From Octopus sinensis (Eukaryota): DNA of 64,000 bases. The stretch's first letter is position 1. Every line of letters starts with the position of its first letter. Under the pieces are notes generated by a model. It had not been told where the DNA came from, ran no database searches, and saw only the letters and a program-made list of their open reading frames with translations. The stretch spans positions 106,454,001 to 106,518,000 of the forward strand of contig NC_043003.1 in NCBI RefSeq assembly GCF_006345805.1. Direction: 5' to 3'. Both the position numbers and the translations under genes were made by a program. Of this stretch, positions 26,472 through 40,432 are shown piece by piece.

Positions 26472-27460
26472 AGTTTTTGCTTCCATGTTGAATGAGAAAA
26501 CACTATTTTCACCATAACCTTTATGTCTCTTCTTCAGATATGCAGTGCTTCTTTTTCTAATAACAATGAGATTACACTTTCCCATGGTACCTCCCTAGCC
26601 ACTCCAAGGTGGACTAACCCATTAAAATTTAAGTATCTTTAAAAAGGCTATAGTATCATGCTAAACCAGAGAGATAATCCAAGCTCATTAATGACCCATC
26701 AGTAAGTGGGTGGAACTGTTTCAATGTGAACAGTCACATCACATTCAGCTTTGTAAACAGAGGCAAACAGTCATTAAAAGTTACACGCATGCCTAGCCCC
26801 CACACACACACACACACATATACATGAGGTGCATTGTCTAGCTCACACACACACAAATTGAAAAGCGCATGTTTGTTTTATGTGTGTGTGTGTGTCTGCA
26901 TAATTACAATGCATTACAGGATTTTAACTTGTGACAAGTGAATTTCGAAGCCCATTCATTATAATTAAAGCAGTTTGATAGTTTTATGGCTGCAGCCACA
27001 CATTTCCATTGGCAGCAGACTCAATTACTTTAATTACAACAAACAATGCCTTTAGCTGAACATTATTCAACAAAGGGAGCTTTGTTCCATTGAATGAAGG
27101 ATACGAGGACAGGCACCACCGAGTGTAGATAAAAAGACACCGACCGAGAATCTAAATTGTTTGTTTTTGATAATATATGGTCGGGAGTTCAAGCCTTGGC
27201 TACAACCATTGTATTCAATGTTGATCTCCAAGCATCTGCTATTAGCCAAATTGGTTCAGTCTGTGTTAGTGAAGGATAAATAGGTGCCATTGTTATGTTG
27301 CTGGCCATTGCTATAATTGGCAGAAGGAAGAACAAGATGCGACAACCAGAAGAAATAGAATGGAAATGGTTAAAAGTCCTATTTAGGGTACCTTGAAGGA
27401 ATACACAAGAAAACCCCATTACCACAAATAGCATCACCAGCAGCAGCAGCAGACTCTTTT

Positions 27461-27955
27461 GCTCCCGTGCTGGTGGCACATAAAAAGCACCATTCAAAGT
27501 GTGGACATTGCTAGTGCTTCCTGACTGTCTCCTGTGCCAGTGGCACATAAAAAGCACCGTTCAAGTGTGGGTGATGCCAGGGCTGCCTGACTGTCCCCAT
27601 GCTGGTGGCACATAAAAAGCACCATTCATGCGTAGATCACTGCCAGTCCCGCCTGACTGGCTCCTGTGCCAGTGGCACATAAAAAGCACCTTTCAATTGT
27701 GGGTGATGCTAGTTCCGCTTGACTGGCTCCCATGCTGGTGGCACATAAAAAGCACCATTCAAGTGTGGGCGATGCAAGTGCCATTTGATTGGCTCCCATG
27801 CTGGTGGCACGGAGTGGTTGGAGTTAGGAAAGGCATCCATCTGTAGAAACCTTGTCAGATCAGATAGGAGCCTGGTGGAGCTTCCTGGCTTGCCAGTCCT
27901 CAGTCAAACTGTCCAACCCATGCCAGCATGGAAAGCGGGCGTTAAATGATGATGA
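27461..27955 (+). mobile_element. RTE-type 3'-end repeat with an internal ~66-bp tandem expansion (5 full copies plus a partial)
   Basis: TGGCAC(ATAAAAAGCACC) recurs at 27474, 27541, 27606, 27673, 27739 and 27805, followed by the family C tail. Confidence 0.82.
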
Positions 27956-29632
27956 CTTTTAAATAAGTTGTAATTACATTGGTCAAGAGGGGGAGAGGGA
28001 GTCACTTATTTAAATAATTCTAAAACATTTACCATTATTTATTAATAGAAATCTGGGGAAAGAAAACAGCTGGAATATATCAACCCCAAAATATTTCTGA
28101 TCCTCTTTTATTCTTCAGAAAGATTTAAATTCTCAGTGCAGCAAGATGCAAATCTAGGTTCTGCTAGCTCTCTGGTCAGTCACTCAGCTAATCCGGCCAG
28201 TTCCCTGCTCCTTCTCTTTTCTCACCTCCTACTACTAATTAGAATAATTAAGGTTTCAAATTTTGGCCAGTAATGTTGAATGGATGGGCAAGGAGATTAC
28301 ATTAGCCCCAGTACAAGACTGGTACTCATTTTATCAACCCTGAAACAATGAAAGTCAAAGCTGCCCTTAGCGGAATTTGAACTCAGAATGTCAAGAGCTG
28401 TTAGGAATGTTGCTAAGCATTTTGTCTGATTTGCTAATAATTATGGCAACCTATTGTTTCTCATTTAGCAACAAAGCCAGCAATTTGGAGGAGAGTGAAG
28501 TTAGTTAACACCATCTACCCTAGTATTTGACTGGTACCTTATTTTATTAACCCCTGAAACAATGGAGAGCAGATGTGGTCTCAGCAGGATTTGAACTCAC
28601 TAAGTAGAGAGTTGAAACAATTACAGCAAAGAATTTGGTCTGAAGCTGTATTGATTCTACCAGCAACAAAAAGAACAATTTCTTTTCGATTAAGAACAAA
28701 AGGCAAACATCTCAAGAAGAAAGCAACGAAAGAAGTAGCGTTAATCATTCTTTTCTCAAGTGCATTAAAAACATAACTGGATCAGCATTTCATCTTACAA
28801 CAGCAGCATCCTCATCATCATCATCAAATATCCTTGAGGTTAGCATTGACAGAATTGTTTATTGATGTTGCAGTTACACTTCAAGTCATTTACAGCTGAA
28901 ATCTAAATCTTGCAGCGGAACATACCATGTTGTAAAGAGAAAAAAAACCATAGCTGAGATTGCAGATATCACTCAGGGGCAGCATAAACGCACACACAAC
29001 ATGCAAAAAAAAAAAAAAAGCAGTTACAGTCATACAAAAATTATTTTACACACACAGTCTACATACAAACAGCATCATACACAGACACACTAACAAAATG
29101 CAAAACATTTTGCACATTTATACACAACACAAAAAACCCCACCAAATTATTAAAGTACTATACACACACACACACAGTGTGTACATACAAAATCTATTAC
29201 ACAGACAGTCAATACTCTAAGTATTACACTAACACACACTGTGTCATGATAGGAAACGTATTACATATTTTTTTAATTATTTTATCTAGTTTCAGCTCAC
29301 GAGCTGTGGCCAAGCTGGGGCACCGCCATTCACTACATATACATGTAGTGAACAATTAAAAAGGACCACACACACATACACCTCTACAGACTCCAAAGTA
29401 AAAATAGTTTTGTGATTGAAGACCCCCCCCCCCCGTCCATTCCACTCCGAGTGCCATGACACACTGTTCCACACCTTTTTACTTCTTCCAAACTGATTCA
29501 TACAACAGCTACAGACGGCCATCACCAGTCTACTAAACTCTGATGCCACCAATCCTTATTTACAATGAACTAAATATGCGTTAAACACACCTGCAGCATT
29601 GGAAGGAGCAGCAGGGAAAGGTGTGGCAACAA

Positions 29633-29664
<32 letters not shown>

Positions 29665-29882
29665 GTAGGTAGGTAGGTGAGAGACACTGATGTACCAAGG
29701 AAGGAGTGTTTATTGGCAGAGAAATACAGGAACTGGCAGCCTTTTTAGAGCCATGGATTATATTATAATACAGTGAAGGATGTGTGTGTGTGTGTGTGTC
29801 TGCATGCACGTGTCTGTGTGTCTTTAACAAACTACAGAACTGGGCTAATGATAATGCATCTGAATCATCTCACCATCAATAA

Positions 29883-29917
<35 letters not shown>

Positions 29918-30404
29918 ATAAATACTGAGCTATTTGTTGTGGATAAGTCCTGTATTATTGGTTATTGATTACTTCATTTTTTTTTTTCATACTGGTTTAT
30001 GATGACACTGACAACAACAACCCGTCAGTATTTTCCTTGCCATTCCCTACGTAATTCAGATAAGAGACCCCTAAATACTCTACAGTAAAATACATGCCTG
30101 AATGTCCTGATATTGGTCCAAATGAGCTGGTATAAAGAAGAAGATAAAAAGCCATATATTGTGCAGAACTGTTTTAAATTAACAAACTTAGTACCAAGTA
30201 ACTACCAAGTCTTGATTGGTGGCAATCGAATCAGCTGAGTCACCTATTTTACACCACCAGATATCTTAATAGTGTGTGTGTGTGTGTGTGTGTACATTTA
30301 GACATATGGTCACATACAATTATATATTAATGACAATTATAGTTTTCCTTTTTGATAAAACATTGCAAACTGCTGTATATTTTAAATTTATATATATATA
30401 TATA

Positions 30405-30797
30405 GGCGCAGGAGTGGCTGTGTGGTAAGTAGCTTGCTAACCAACCACATGGTTCCGGGTTCAGTCCCACTGCGTGGCATCTTGGGCAAGTGTCTTCTGC
30501 TATAGCCCCGGGCCGACCAATGCCTTGTGAGTGGATTTGGTAGACGGAAACTGAAAGAAGCCTGTCGTATATATGTATATATATGTATGTGTTTGTGTGT
30601 CTGTGTTTGTCCCCCTAGCATTGCTTGACAACCGATGCTGGTGTGTTTACGTCCCCGTCACTTAGCGGTTCGGCAAAAGAGACCGATAGAATAAGTACTG
30701 GGCTTACAAAGAATAAGTCCCGGGGTCGATTTGCTCGACTAAAGGTGGTGCTCCAGCATGGCCACAGTCAAAATGACTGAAGCAAGTAAAGAGAGAG
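30405..30797 (+). mobile_element. SINE family A, full length, young
   Basis: GGCGCAGGAGTGGCTGTGTGGTAAG head, internal TA/TG microsatellite, GTAAAGAG tail. Confidence 0.9.
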
Positions 30798-31689
30798 TAT
30801 ATATTATAATAAAGGGTAAAAATCATTAATGATTTCACTAGGGGGTCAGCAAGGAAATAAAAACCTTACAGGTAAATTTTACAAATATTTTAATAATTAT
30901 ATACATAATTATAACAAGGGATTGGCTGTAAGCCTCCCCATGCACTAGAAAAAAGTAGATGCCAAAAGACCCTATTACCACCTTAAAATCTCTGAAACAA
31001 CCCATGTTTTATTTTTTGGAGTTTTTTAAGGTGGTAATAGTGTCTTTTGGCATCTATTTTTTTCTAGCACACGGAGAGGTTTATATTATAATTATGTATA
31101 TAATTATTAAGATATATATATACATACATACATACATATGCATGCGCAGACACACACACACACACACATACATACATACAGAAGAATGGCTCTAATATGT
31201 AAAGTAGCACTTAAAAAATTTTCATAATAAAAGAATTTACAATATTTGTGATGGATGTATTTTCTTGAAGTTTTATCTATGTTAGTGACACTATAAACAT
31301 AGCCCATAGCTGAATGTTCCAGAACATATGTTCTTTTTTTTTTATATATTTTATAGGAGTATGTGTATGATCATAGTGTGTGTGTATGAGTGTGAGAGGG
31401 AAAGATACACACACAAATATATGTATACACACATATATACACACACACATGTATATACATATATATATATACACACATTTATATACATATATATATATAC
31501 ACACACATTTATATACATATATATATACACACACATTTATATACATATATATACACACATTTATATATACATATACACACACACACATATATATACATGC
31601 ATATACACACATATATACATACATGCATATACACACATATATACATACATCTATAAACATACATACACACACACACACACACATATACA

Positions 31690-32390
31690 TCATCATCATC
31701 ATCATCATTAACATCCGCTTTCCATGCTGGCATGGGTTGGACGGTTTGACTGAAAACTGGCAAGCCGGGGGTCTGCACCAGGTTCCGATCTGATTTAGCA
31801 AAGTTTCTACAGTTGGATGACCTTCCTAATGCCAACCACTCCAAGAACTTAGTGGGTGTTTTTTATGTGCCACTGGCACAGGGGCCAATCACCTGACACT
31901 AGCATTGGCCATGACTACAGTCTCACTTGGCTTGACAGGTTTACACAAGCATAGTATATTGCCAAAGGTCTTGGTCACCTGTCGCTGCCTCCATGAGGCC
32001 CAATGCTTGAACGGTGTTTTTACATGCCAGTCAGATGGCACTGGCATTGGCCACAACTAAGATTCCATTTGGTTTGACAGGTCTCCAGAAGCACAGCATA
32101 TTGCCCAGAGATTGAAGGGTGCCTTTAAAGGATCAGTTATGCGACACTGGCATCAACCACAACTACAATCTCACTTGGCTTGATAGCTCTTTTCAAGCAT
32201 GGCATATCTCCAAAAGTCTCGGTCACTTGTCCTTGCCTCTGTGAGGCCCAACATTTAAAGACCATGCCTCATCAGCTCATCCCATGTTTTCCTAAGTCTG
32301 CCTCTTCCACAGGTTCCTTCCACTGTTAGAATGCAACACTTCTTCACACAGCTGTCCTCATCCATATGCATCACGTGACCATACCAGTGC
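31690..32390 (-). mobile_element. 5'-truncated RTE-type LINE (C-terminal ORF remnant plus 3' UTR)
   Basis: The minus strand of ~32280-32385 reads like WYGHVMHMDEDSCVKKC...EGTCGRGR; the tail is (GAT)n. This links family C to RTE LINEs. Confidence 0.75.
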
Positions 32391-32801
32391 GGTCATCTCT
32401 CTTGCACACCACATCTGATGCTTCTTATGTTCAACTTTCCTCTCAAGACGCTTACACTTTGTTGTGCATGCACACTGACATTACACAACCAGCGGAGCAT
32501 AAAGACGTTGTTAGAATGAAAGGATTTATGATTAACAGGAAGCTCAACAGAGGAACAATGCACCTGGGAAGAGAAGTGGGTAACACATTTGAAGGTCTTG
32601 AGAGGGGTCTCTAGAGCAGAAAGTTCATCAGAGCAATGACCATAGAAATGCCTATAGAAAAGGCACAACGGTGAGACATTTCAACAATGAGTGAAAGAAT
32701 CCAACCTTGTAGAAAGAAGAGGACCCACCATGCAAACAACTGAATTCTGAATTCATTTGAGCATGTTCACACTTGATTAGTAGCTATGATATAGGTTACA
32801 G

Positions 32802-33299
32802 CAGCGTTTCTCAACCAGGGTTCCGCAAAAGGTTCCTAAGGGTTCCGTAAGAAAGAGTGAGATATGCTAATGCTAATTTCATGAGGGTAATATTACTATC
32901 CATGCACAACATGTTATTGGTTGTTGTAATATAGGCATCATCCTATCTAATCTATTATGTTATCAAAAAATATAACAACCATATATATCATCATTATTGT
33001 TTGACATCCGCTTTCCATGCTAGCATGGGTTGGACGTATGACTGAGGGCTGGCAAACCAGATGGCTGCACCAGGCTTCAATCTTGATCTGGCAGGGTTTC
33101 TACAGCTGGATGCTCTTCCTAACGCCAACCACTCCGAGAGTGTAATGGGTGCTTTTACGTGCCATCGGCACGAGGCCGGTCAGGCAGCACTGGCAACGAC
33201 CTCACTCGAATCTTTTACACATGCCACCGGCACAGGTGCCAGTAAGGCGATGCTGGCAACAATCACGCTCAAATGGTGTCTTATGTGCCACCGGCATGG

Positions 33300-33347
<48 letters not shown>

Positions 33348-33670
33348 TACCACAAGAGTCGGCCAGGTCATGTGATGCATGTGGACGAGGACAGCTGTAT
33401 GAAGAAGTGTTGCGTTCTAACGCTGGAGGGAACCTGTGGAAGAGGTAGACCCAGGAAGACATGGGACAAAGTGATGAAGCATGATCTTTGAATGTTGGGC
33501 CTAACAGAAACATTGACAAGTGACCGAGATAAATATATTTACCATCTGAACTACGATGAAAAAATATGAGAAAGATATGGTATATAATTTTTTTTTTTTA
33601 TGCAGGGGTTCCTTGAGGCATATAATTTATTTTAAGGGTTACACAAGGGTAGAAAGGATGAGAAACACTG
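32802..33670. mobile_element. hAT-type MITE with nested RTE fragments
   Basis: TIRs CAGCGTTTCTCAACC / GGATGAGAAACACTG; 8-bp TSD GGTTACAG vs GGTTAAAG. Interior has a family C copy (minus, ~32990-33297) and an RTE C-terminal remnant GHVMHVDEDSCMKK...GRGRPRKTW (plus, ~33346-33530). Confidence 0.75.
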
Positions 33671-34500
33671 GGTTAAAGCATATATCTTTTTCTTCCAGTG
33701 TAACATCCCTTGTCAACCCATCTTTGCTCGTACTCCATCACTACATTTTTTTATCATCTTTTACTTGTTTTACAGTCATTGGACCATGAAGGGGACTGTC
33801 TCAAATGATTTAGTTGAATAAGTTGAGCCCAGTACTTATTTTTTAAAGTTTGCAACTTAGCATTTCGGCAAAATAGACTGACAGAATAAGTAAAAGGGAC
33901 ATAAACAAACTAACACCAGATATAAAGTGTGTGTGTGTGTGTGTGTGGAGGGTAACAACACACATTACTCCCTCCACTTCCTGCTTCTTTCTCCAAGGAA
34001 CCTGCCATCCCTGATTCTCAAACTCCCTACACTATTCTCAAAGATCATCTCCTTGCAATGCCTTTAGATGTCTCCCTCCTCTTTACCACACTCCATCTTA
34101 TCACCTCATTATACCTGCTATCATTCTCAACACCCCCACCTCATATTCACACCATTATACCCACCCACTACACACACCCTTATGTACCCACATATCTCCC
34201 TCACTGCTGCTCCTACACCTTACACATTCCCCACCCCCTATCTTATGATCTATCTCTCCTCCTTCCTAAGCCGGTGCTATCTCTCTCCTCTTATCCACTC
34301 TCCACAGATATTTCCCCACCAACTGCACCACCCTTTCTCATCATTCAAAACATCTACCCTTGCTCCCATCTGTCATTCTCCCTCATATGCTTATGGAACT
34401 GCTCCCCCTCCCCCCTAATTCAATGACCTTATCCTCTCTTATATTCTTCTGCCTTGAAACTTTGCACTGACACCACATCTTCACCTTCCCAGTTAATACT

Positions 34501-34732
34501 TATTTCTTTATTGCCCACAAGGGGCTAAACACAGAGGGGACAAATAAGGACAGACAAACGGATTAAGTCAATTACATCGACTCCAGTGCGTAACTGGTAC
34601 TTATTTAATTGACCCCGAAAGGATGAAAGGCAAAGTCGACCTCGGCGGAATTTGAACTCAGAACGTAGCAGGGAAGGAAATACCGCTTAGCATTTCGCCC
34701 GACGTGCTAACGATTCTGCCAGCTCGCCGCCT
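34501..34732 (-). mobile_element. SINE family B, full length
   Basis: Minus-strand head GGCGGCGAGCTGGCAGAA with B box GAGTTCAAATTCC. Confidence 0.88.
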
Positions 34733-35054
34733 TTATCCACCCTTGTGATTAAGTGTCTCTTCTATAGCAAGACACTACTTCTTGTCCCTCCATCGTACTT
34801 TACCCTCTCAGCACCTGGTATAAGGTCACCCCCCCACTTTTTCTTGTTCTTTGCTGTCTTGTAACTTACTTGGCAACCCTATTAGTGTTGGTGGCACATA
34901 AAAAGCACCCAGTACACTGTAGAATGGTTGGTGTCAGGAAGAGCGTCCAGCTGTAGAACCAAACCAGAACTGACAGTGAAGTTTGGTGCAGCCTTGTGGC
35001 TGGCCGGGTCTTGTCAAACTGCCCAATCCATGCCTGCATGGAAAATGGACATTA

Positions 35055-35447
35055 GGCGCAGGAGTGGCTGTGTGGTAAGTAGCTTGCTAACCAACCACAT
35101 GGTTCCGGGTTCAGTCCCACTGCGTGGCACCTTGGGCAAGTGTCTTCTACTATAGCCCTGGGCCGACCAATACCTTGTGAGTGGATTTGGTAGACGGAAA
35201 CTGAAAGAAGCCCGTCGTATATATGTATATATATATATGTATGTGTTTGTGTGTCTATTTTTGTCCCCCTAGCATTGCTTGACAACCGATGCTGGCGTGT
35301 TTACATCCCCGTCACTTAGCGGTTCGGCAAAAGAGACCGATAGAATAAGTACTGGGCTTACAAAGAATAAGTCCCGGGGTCGATTTGCTCGACTAAAGGC
35401 GGTGCTCCAGCATGGCTGCAGTCAAATGACTGAAACAAGTAAAAGAG
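35055..35447 (+). mobile_element. SINE family A, full length, young
   Basis: Near-identical to 30405. Directly follows a family C 3' end (34885-35052). Confidence 0.9.
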
Positions 35448-35471
35448 TATTAAATGATAATGATGATGTGC

Positions 35472-35502
<31 letters not shown>

Positions 35503-36688
35503 TATGAACTTCAGGTTAGTAAAAATATGTTTGTGATATATTTCAACATCTAAACTCACATCAGTTACCATGGAGAATTTTTTTTTCCCATTGTAATTGC
35601 AGTGAATTTTGCCATTAGAAGTTGAAATATATCACAAACATTTTAACTAACCTAAAGTTCATACACACACATGCAACACACACACACACACCACACACAC
35701 ACACACAAGAGGCTCCAACACAGATTTCATCTACCAACTTCACTTACAAAGAATTGGTCTTATAATAAGAGCTTTAGGGAGTTGGAAGAGGCACTGAACA
35801 AAACCATGAAATTGCAAAGTAAACTTCTTAACCACACACCCGTGTGTGTGTGTGTGTGTGTGGTGTGTGTGTGTGTGTTCATAGCCTGTTATTTGTTGAT
35901 GCTGATGTATTTGTAGCCATCCTGTTATTAATTACGGTCTCAATTCTTTGAATACCCTTCAGGCATTGTAACTCAGAAGCATGTTCGGATTCTTGGATGT
36001 TCTTCATTTTTACTCTTCAGGTTTTCTAATGCGAACTAGGTCAATGTATCTGAGAGAGAAGGCAGGAGGGAGGGAGAGCTCCGAAGGTTGAAAAAGATGG
36101 TAGTGGACAAACTGTCAGGTTTGATTAAGAATTAAGATGATTATCAACTTTCTGAACTGTCCAATGCCACAGCAGAGGAAGAAGAATTATATGGGTGCAA
36201 ACTCTTTTCTTGTCTTCTGGGGTTAAAAAAAAAAAAAAAAAAAAAGGCTGATATTTTTTGTTGGGTGGAACCAAGTATAAGTATTTGTCAGTCTGAGAAG
36301 CACTGAATTAGGTTATTGGCAGGTGAAACTTCTTAAATTTATGCAGAGATGAATTCTTATATTAATGCTCTACTGGGTTAAATTGAAGGGAAAAAAATAG
36401 CTGACAGCAGCTTATCTCAGTTTTCTAAGCAGATGGATGCCTATCTATCACATGTTATCAGGAATTTCTGGCAGAGCCAAAAAAGCCTGCAAGTTTGAGC
36501 CAGAAAACTTATTTTAGATATTTAATCATTCAATACCCCACCCTGATAGGATTTGAACCGCAGATGCATAATTACCAAAACTTGTAGCAAACAGGCCTCA
36601 GTTTTGTTGTTCTTACCTTTCTTTAAAGAAACTTTGTTGAAAAGGTTTATTGGTATCCATATTTTTACAAAGTTTCCCAACACACACA

Positions 36689-37087
36689 CTCTCTTACTCT
36701 TTACTCTTTTACTTGTTTCAGTCATTTGACTGCAGCCATGCTGGAGCACCGCCTTTAATTGAGCAACTCGACCCCGGGACTTATTCTTTTGTAAGCCCAG
36801 TACTTATTCTATCGGTCTCTTTTGCCGAACCGCTAAGTAACGGGGACATAAATACACCAGCATCGGTTGTTAAGCAATGCTAGGGGGACAAACACAGACA
36901 CACACATACATACATATATATATATACATATATACTTTCAGTTTCCGTCTACCAAATCCACTCACAAGGCTTTGGTCGGCCTGAGACTATAGTAGAAGAC
37001 ACTTGCCCAAGGTGCCACGCAGTGGGACTGAACCCGGAACCATGTGGTTGGTAAACAAGCTACTTACCACACAGCCACTCCTGCGCC
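36689..37087 (-). mobile_element. SINE family A, full length
   Basis: Reverse complement of the 35055 copy. Confidence 0.88.
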
Positions 37088-37641
37088 TACATATGTAAGG
37101 AGACAAATGGCTAGGTGGTTAAGGTGTGGCACTTATTATTATGGTTGCTAGGTTGTAGGTTTCATTCCTGGACTGAGCAGCATCTTGTGGTCTTGAGCAA
37201 GACACTTCATTTCCCATTGCTCCAGTTCACTCAGCTATGATGGACCAGCCTTTTGATCAGGGGCAATGTTGGCCTGTTCACCAAAGCAGGGTGGCAGATT
37301 TCAAAAGCGAAAAGCAATGCAAAGTGCACAGTGACTAGTGATGTATAACAAAATCTGTCTGATAGGCTCAGCAATCACGTGATCGCATGATATTTTACTG
37401 AAGCTGAAAAGACTTCACAGATTTTATACCCAGAGTTTCTCATAACTGATCATCAGGCATTTGTGATACAACATTTTGATGATCGGTGACTGACAGTTTG
37501 TGAAGTCTTCCCAGCCTCAATATAATAGTCTTACTCATTTCTTAGCTTTTCAAGTGCTGTTTTCTCCACCAAGTTTTTTACCAATATAAGATTGTACAGC
37601 AGAGTTATAGAACAAATACACAACTCTCCTTTTCCTTTTAT

Positions 37642-38016
37642 TCTTTTACTTGTTTCAGTCATTTGACTGTGGCCATGCAGGAGCACCACCTTTAGTCAAA
37701 CAAATTGACCCCAGGACTTATTCTTTGTTAGCCTAGTACTTATTCTATCGGTCTCTTTTGCCGAACTGCTAAGTTACGGGGATGTAAACTCAACAGCATT
37801 GGTTGTAAAGTGCTGTTGGGGGAACAAACACACACACAAACAACAAATATATATATACACAACGGGATTCTTTCAGTTTCCATCTACCAAATCCACTCAC
37901 AAGGCTTTGGTCAGTCCGAGGCTATAGTAAAATACACTTGCCCAAGGTGCCACACAGTGGGACTGAACCTGGAACCATGTGGTTGGTAAGCAAGCTACTT
38001 ACCACACAGCCACTCT
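37642..38016 (-). mobile_element. SINE family A
   Basis: Collinear with other family A copies. Confidence 0.85.
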
Positions 38017-38131
38017 ATCCAAATATAATAATTTATTGATTTACTTAGAATATGTAATATCAATAAAATATCTCTGGTTTTTTTTCTTTCTTATCATCAA
38101 AAAAGTCCATATAATTCTTTTGTGTCTAGAA

Positions 38132-38406
38132 CAGTAGTTCTCAACCAGGGTATAAATGGCCCTTGGTTGGGGAGGTCCTTATAAGATTTTGTTGTTAAAA
38201 TTTATCTGCAATAAGTTGATCATACTTCTGCAAAACACCAAATATTTAATTTTTTTTTTATGCAATTCCAAATAATGTTTAATTATGAAAATATAATGGA
38301 ATGTTTAAAACATCAAATGGCTACAAGGGTCCAGGTGACCAGAATAGAAATCACAGGGGTCCATAAGCAAAAAGAAAAAAAGAAAAAAAATGGTTGAGAA
38401 TCACTA
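38132..38406. mobile_element. hAT-type MITE
   Basis: CAGTAGTTCTCAACC ... GGTTGAGAATCACTA termini; degenerate 8-bp TSD GTCTAGAA/ATTTAGAA. Confidence 0.65.
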
Positions 38407-38535
38407 ATTTAGAACCTGGCTTTAATTAGACCCTTATGTTAATTAACATGACATATGTTGATTAAATTTTCATAAATTCAAGGTAATCTCTCATTATAAG
38501 ATATGTAAGTGTATAAGGAATTACATTGATATTAT

Positions 38536-38727
38536 GGCCCCTGTGCCAGTGGCACATAAAAAGCACCCACTACACTCTTGGAGTGGTTGGCATTAGGAAG
38601 AGCATCCAGCTGAAAGAAACTCTGCCAGATCAGATTGGGGCCTGGTGGGGCCTCCTGGCTTCCCACACCCCAGTTGAACCGTCCAGCCCATGCCAGCATG
38701 GAAAACGGATGTTAAACGATGATGATG
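38536..38727 (+). mobile_element. RTE-type 3'-end repeat (family C)
   Basis: Ends in (GAT)n; faces an opposite-orientation copy at 38914-39130. Confidence 0.78.
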
Positions 38728-38913
38728 ATCTTTTCTTTTTTGTGCATTTCTCTGTGGACAGAAAAAGAGAAAGAATGATCCAATTCCAGTTTTATTCTTA
38801 TGCGAAACCATCCTCAGAGGTTATGGCTTTATAAGTCCACTGTAGATGATAGCATGAGTGATGTATAAGTTGCAGGAAAGCATTTAGGGTTAGAGAATGA
38901 ACAAGTTCCTGGC

Positions 38914-39130
38914 ATCATCATCATCGTTTAATGTCCATTGTCCATGCTGGCATGAGCTGGATGGTTTGACTGAAGTTTGGCAAGCCAGGAGGCTGCACCA
39001 GGCTCCAATCTGATCTGACAGGGTTTCTACTGCTGGATGTTCTTCCTAACACCAACCACTCTGAGAGTGTAGAGGGTGCTTTTTACATGTCACCAGAATG
39101 GGGGGGGGGGCAGTCAGGTGGAACTGGCAT
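38914..39130 (-). mobile_element. RTE-type 3'-end repeat (family C)
   Basis: (CAT)n followed by the family C body. Confidence 0.75.
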
Positions 39131-39862
39131 TGACTGGATGACAATTCAACAGAATAAAATTATTATGAAATCATAGCTCCCTTTGATGAAATTCTACATT
39201 ATGTATGGGGGCAACAATGAAGATGAAAAAGACTTGAGATCTGGAGAAAACTAGAATTCAGGTAACCTTAGAAAATGGATGTAAAACCAGTGATAGGCCC
39301 TGCTGTAGGGTCAGGAAGTTTGCTTCCTAAGCAGGTGGTTTTAAGTTCAGTGCCACTGGGTGAGGAAGATGGAGGCTGACTGAAGGAGGATGAGAGACAT
39401 TGATGAACTTATGCGGGATGTGTTTGTTGGCAGAGAAAGAAAGGAACTGGTAGCTTTTTAGAGCCATGGATTACATTACATGGTAAAAAGATGTGGGTGC
39501 GTTTATGCACGTGTGTGTGTGTGTGTTTACATCTGCAGTCATTTGTTTGAAAGGGTAACTGGCTGTGTTGTTGCTAATTTCTCTTAGCAACAGGTCGTTT
39601 GAGTGCTTTGTGTTTTCAAAACCATGTGGAACAAGTAATTCCTTACTTAAAAAATAGGTAAAGGTTAGCAACAGGAAAAGTACCTTGGTTGCATAACAAG
39701 GCCTCAAAGAATATAATTGTCCAACCTATACAAGCATGGGAAGATGGACATGAAACAAACGTGTATGTGCGTGTGTGTGTGTGTCTCTGTGTGTGTGTAT
39801 GTGTGCAAGTACATTGTGAGGAAAAGCTGCCTAAAATAAAGCAAAAATCGTTTTAGCCTTAC

Positions 39863-39977
39863 CTGTGGATAGGAAAGGGGTCGTAGGCGGTCGTAGTCCT
39901 CTTGACCTGCTGTATCCCAGAGGCCCAGGCTTACTGGTATCAGATCAACCATCATGTTGGCTGTGTAATTATCAAAT
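39863..39977 (-). CDS. Mtl: Mig-2-like Rho GTPase, coding exon 2 ([38 protein letters not shown])
   Basis: Contains [18 protein letters not shown] (G3/switch II). Acceptor TTTCAG, donor GTAAGG. 115 nt; phase 2 in, phase 0 out, matching the flanking exons. Confidence 0.97.
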
Positions 39978-40432
39978 CTGAAATTGTAATTAAAAATTAA
40001 AATTACTAATGACTCATTTTCCAAACAACACATTCAAGAATTCTCAACTGGTTTTACAAAGCACTGGATTTAGGGTTAATGGTTTAAGGACCTTGAGTTT
40101 TAATCTCATTGAAGTGTTTGATGGTTTAATTGGTTACAACAATTAATTATTAGCCTCAGTTTACTAGGTTTTAAAACTATACATTGCATCTGCTGGGAAA
40201 GTAGCACAAAATTCATTAGTCACCTGTCCAGATCCAACTCCTTGCCTCCAATCCCAGCAGACCACCAGTGCCTGTCCTGCAGCAGAGCCTTCCAAGCATG
40301 CATTGGGCGGATTGGCCACAACCAGACACATTGTGCCTGTCTTCTCCATGCAATGATGGACAAACTAAGATAAAATACTTCATATTTTAAAAGCAGGACA
40401 AAGAATTGGCTCCTTATGACTAACCTTGAATA

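Noticed and set aside
27461-27810. CRISPR-like repeat/spacer appearance
   Set aside because: Eukaryotic context, the spacers are mutually similar, there are no cas genes, and the block is part of the RTE 3'-end repeat.
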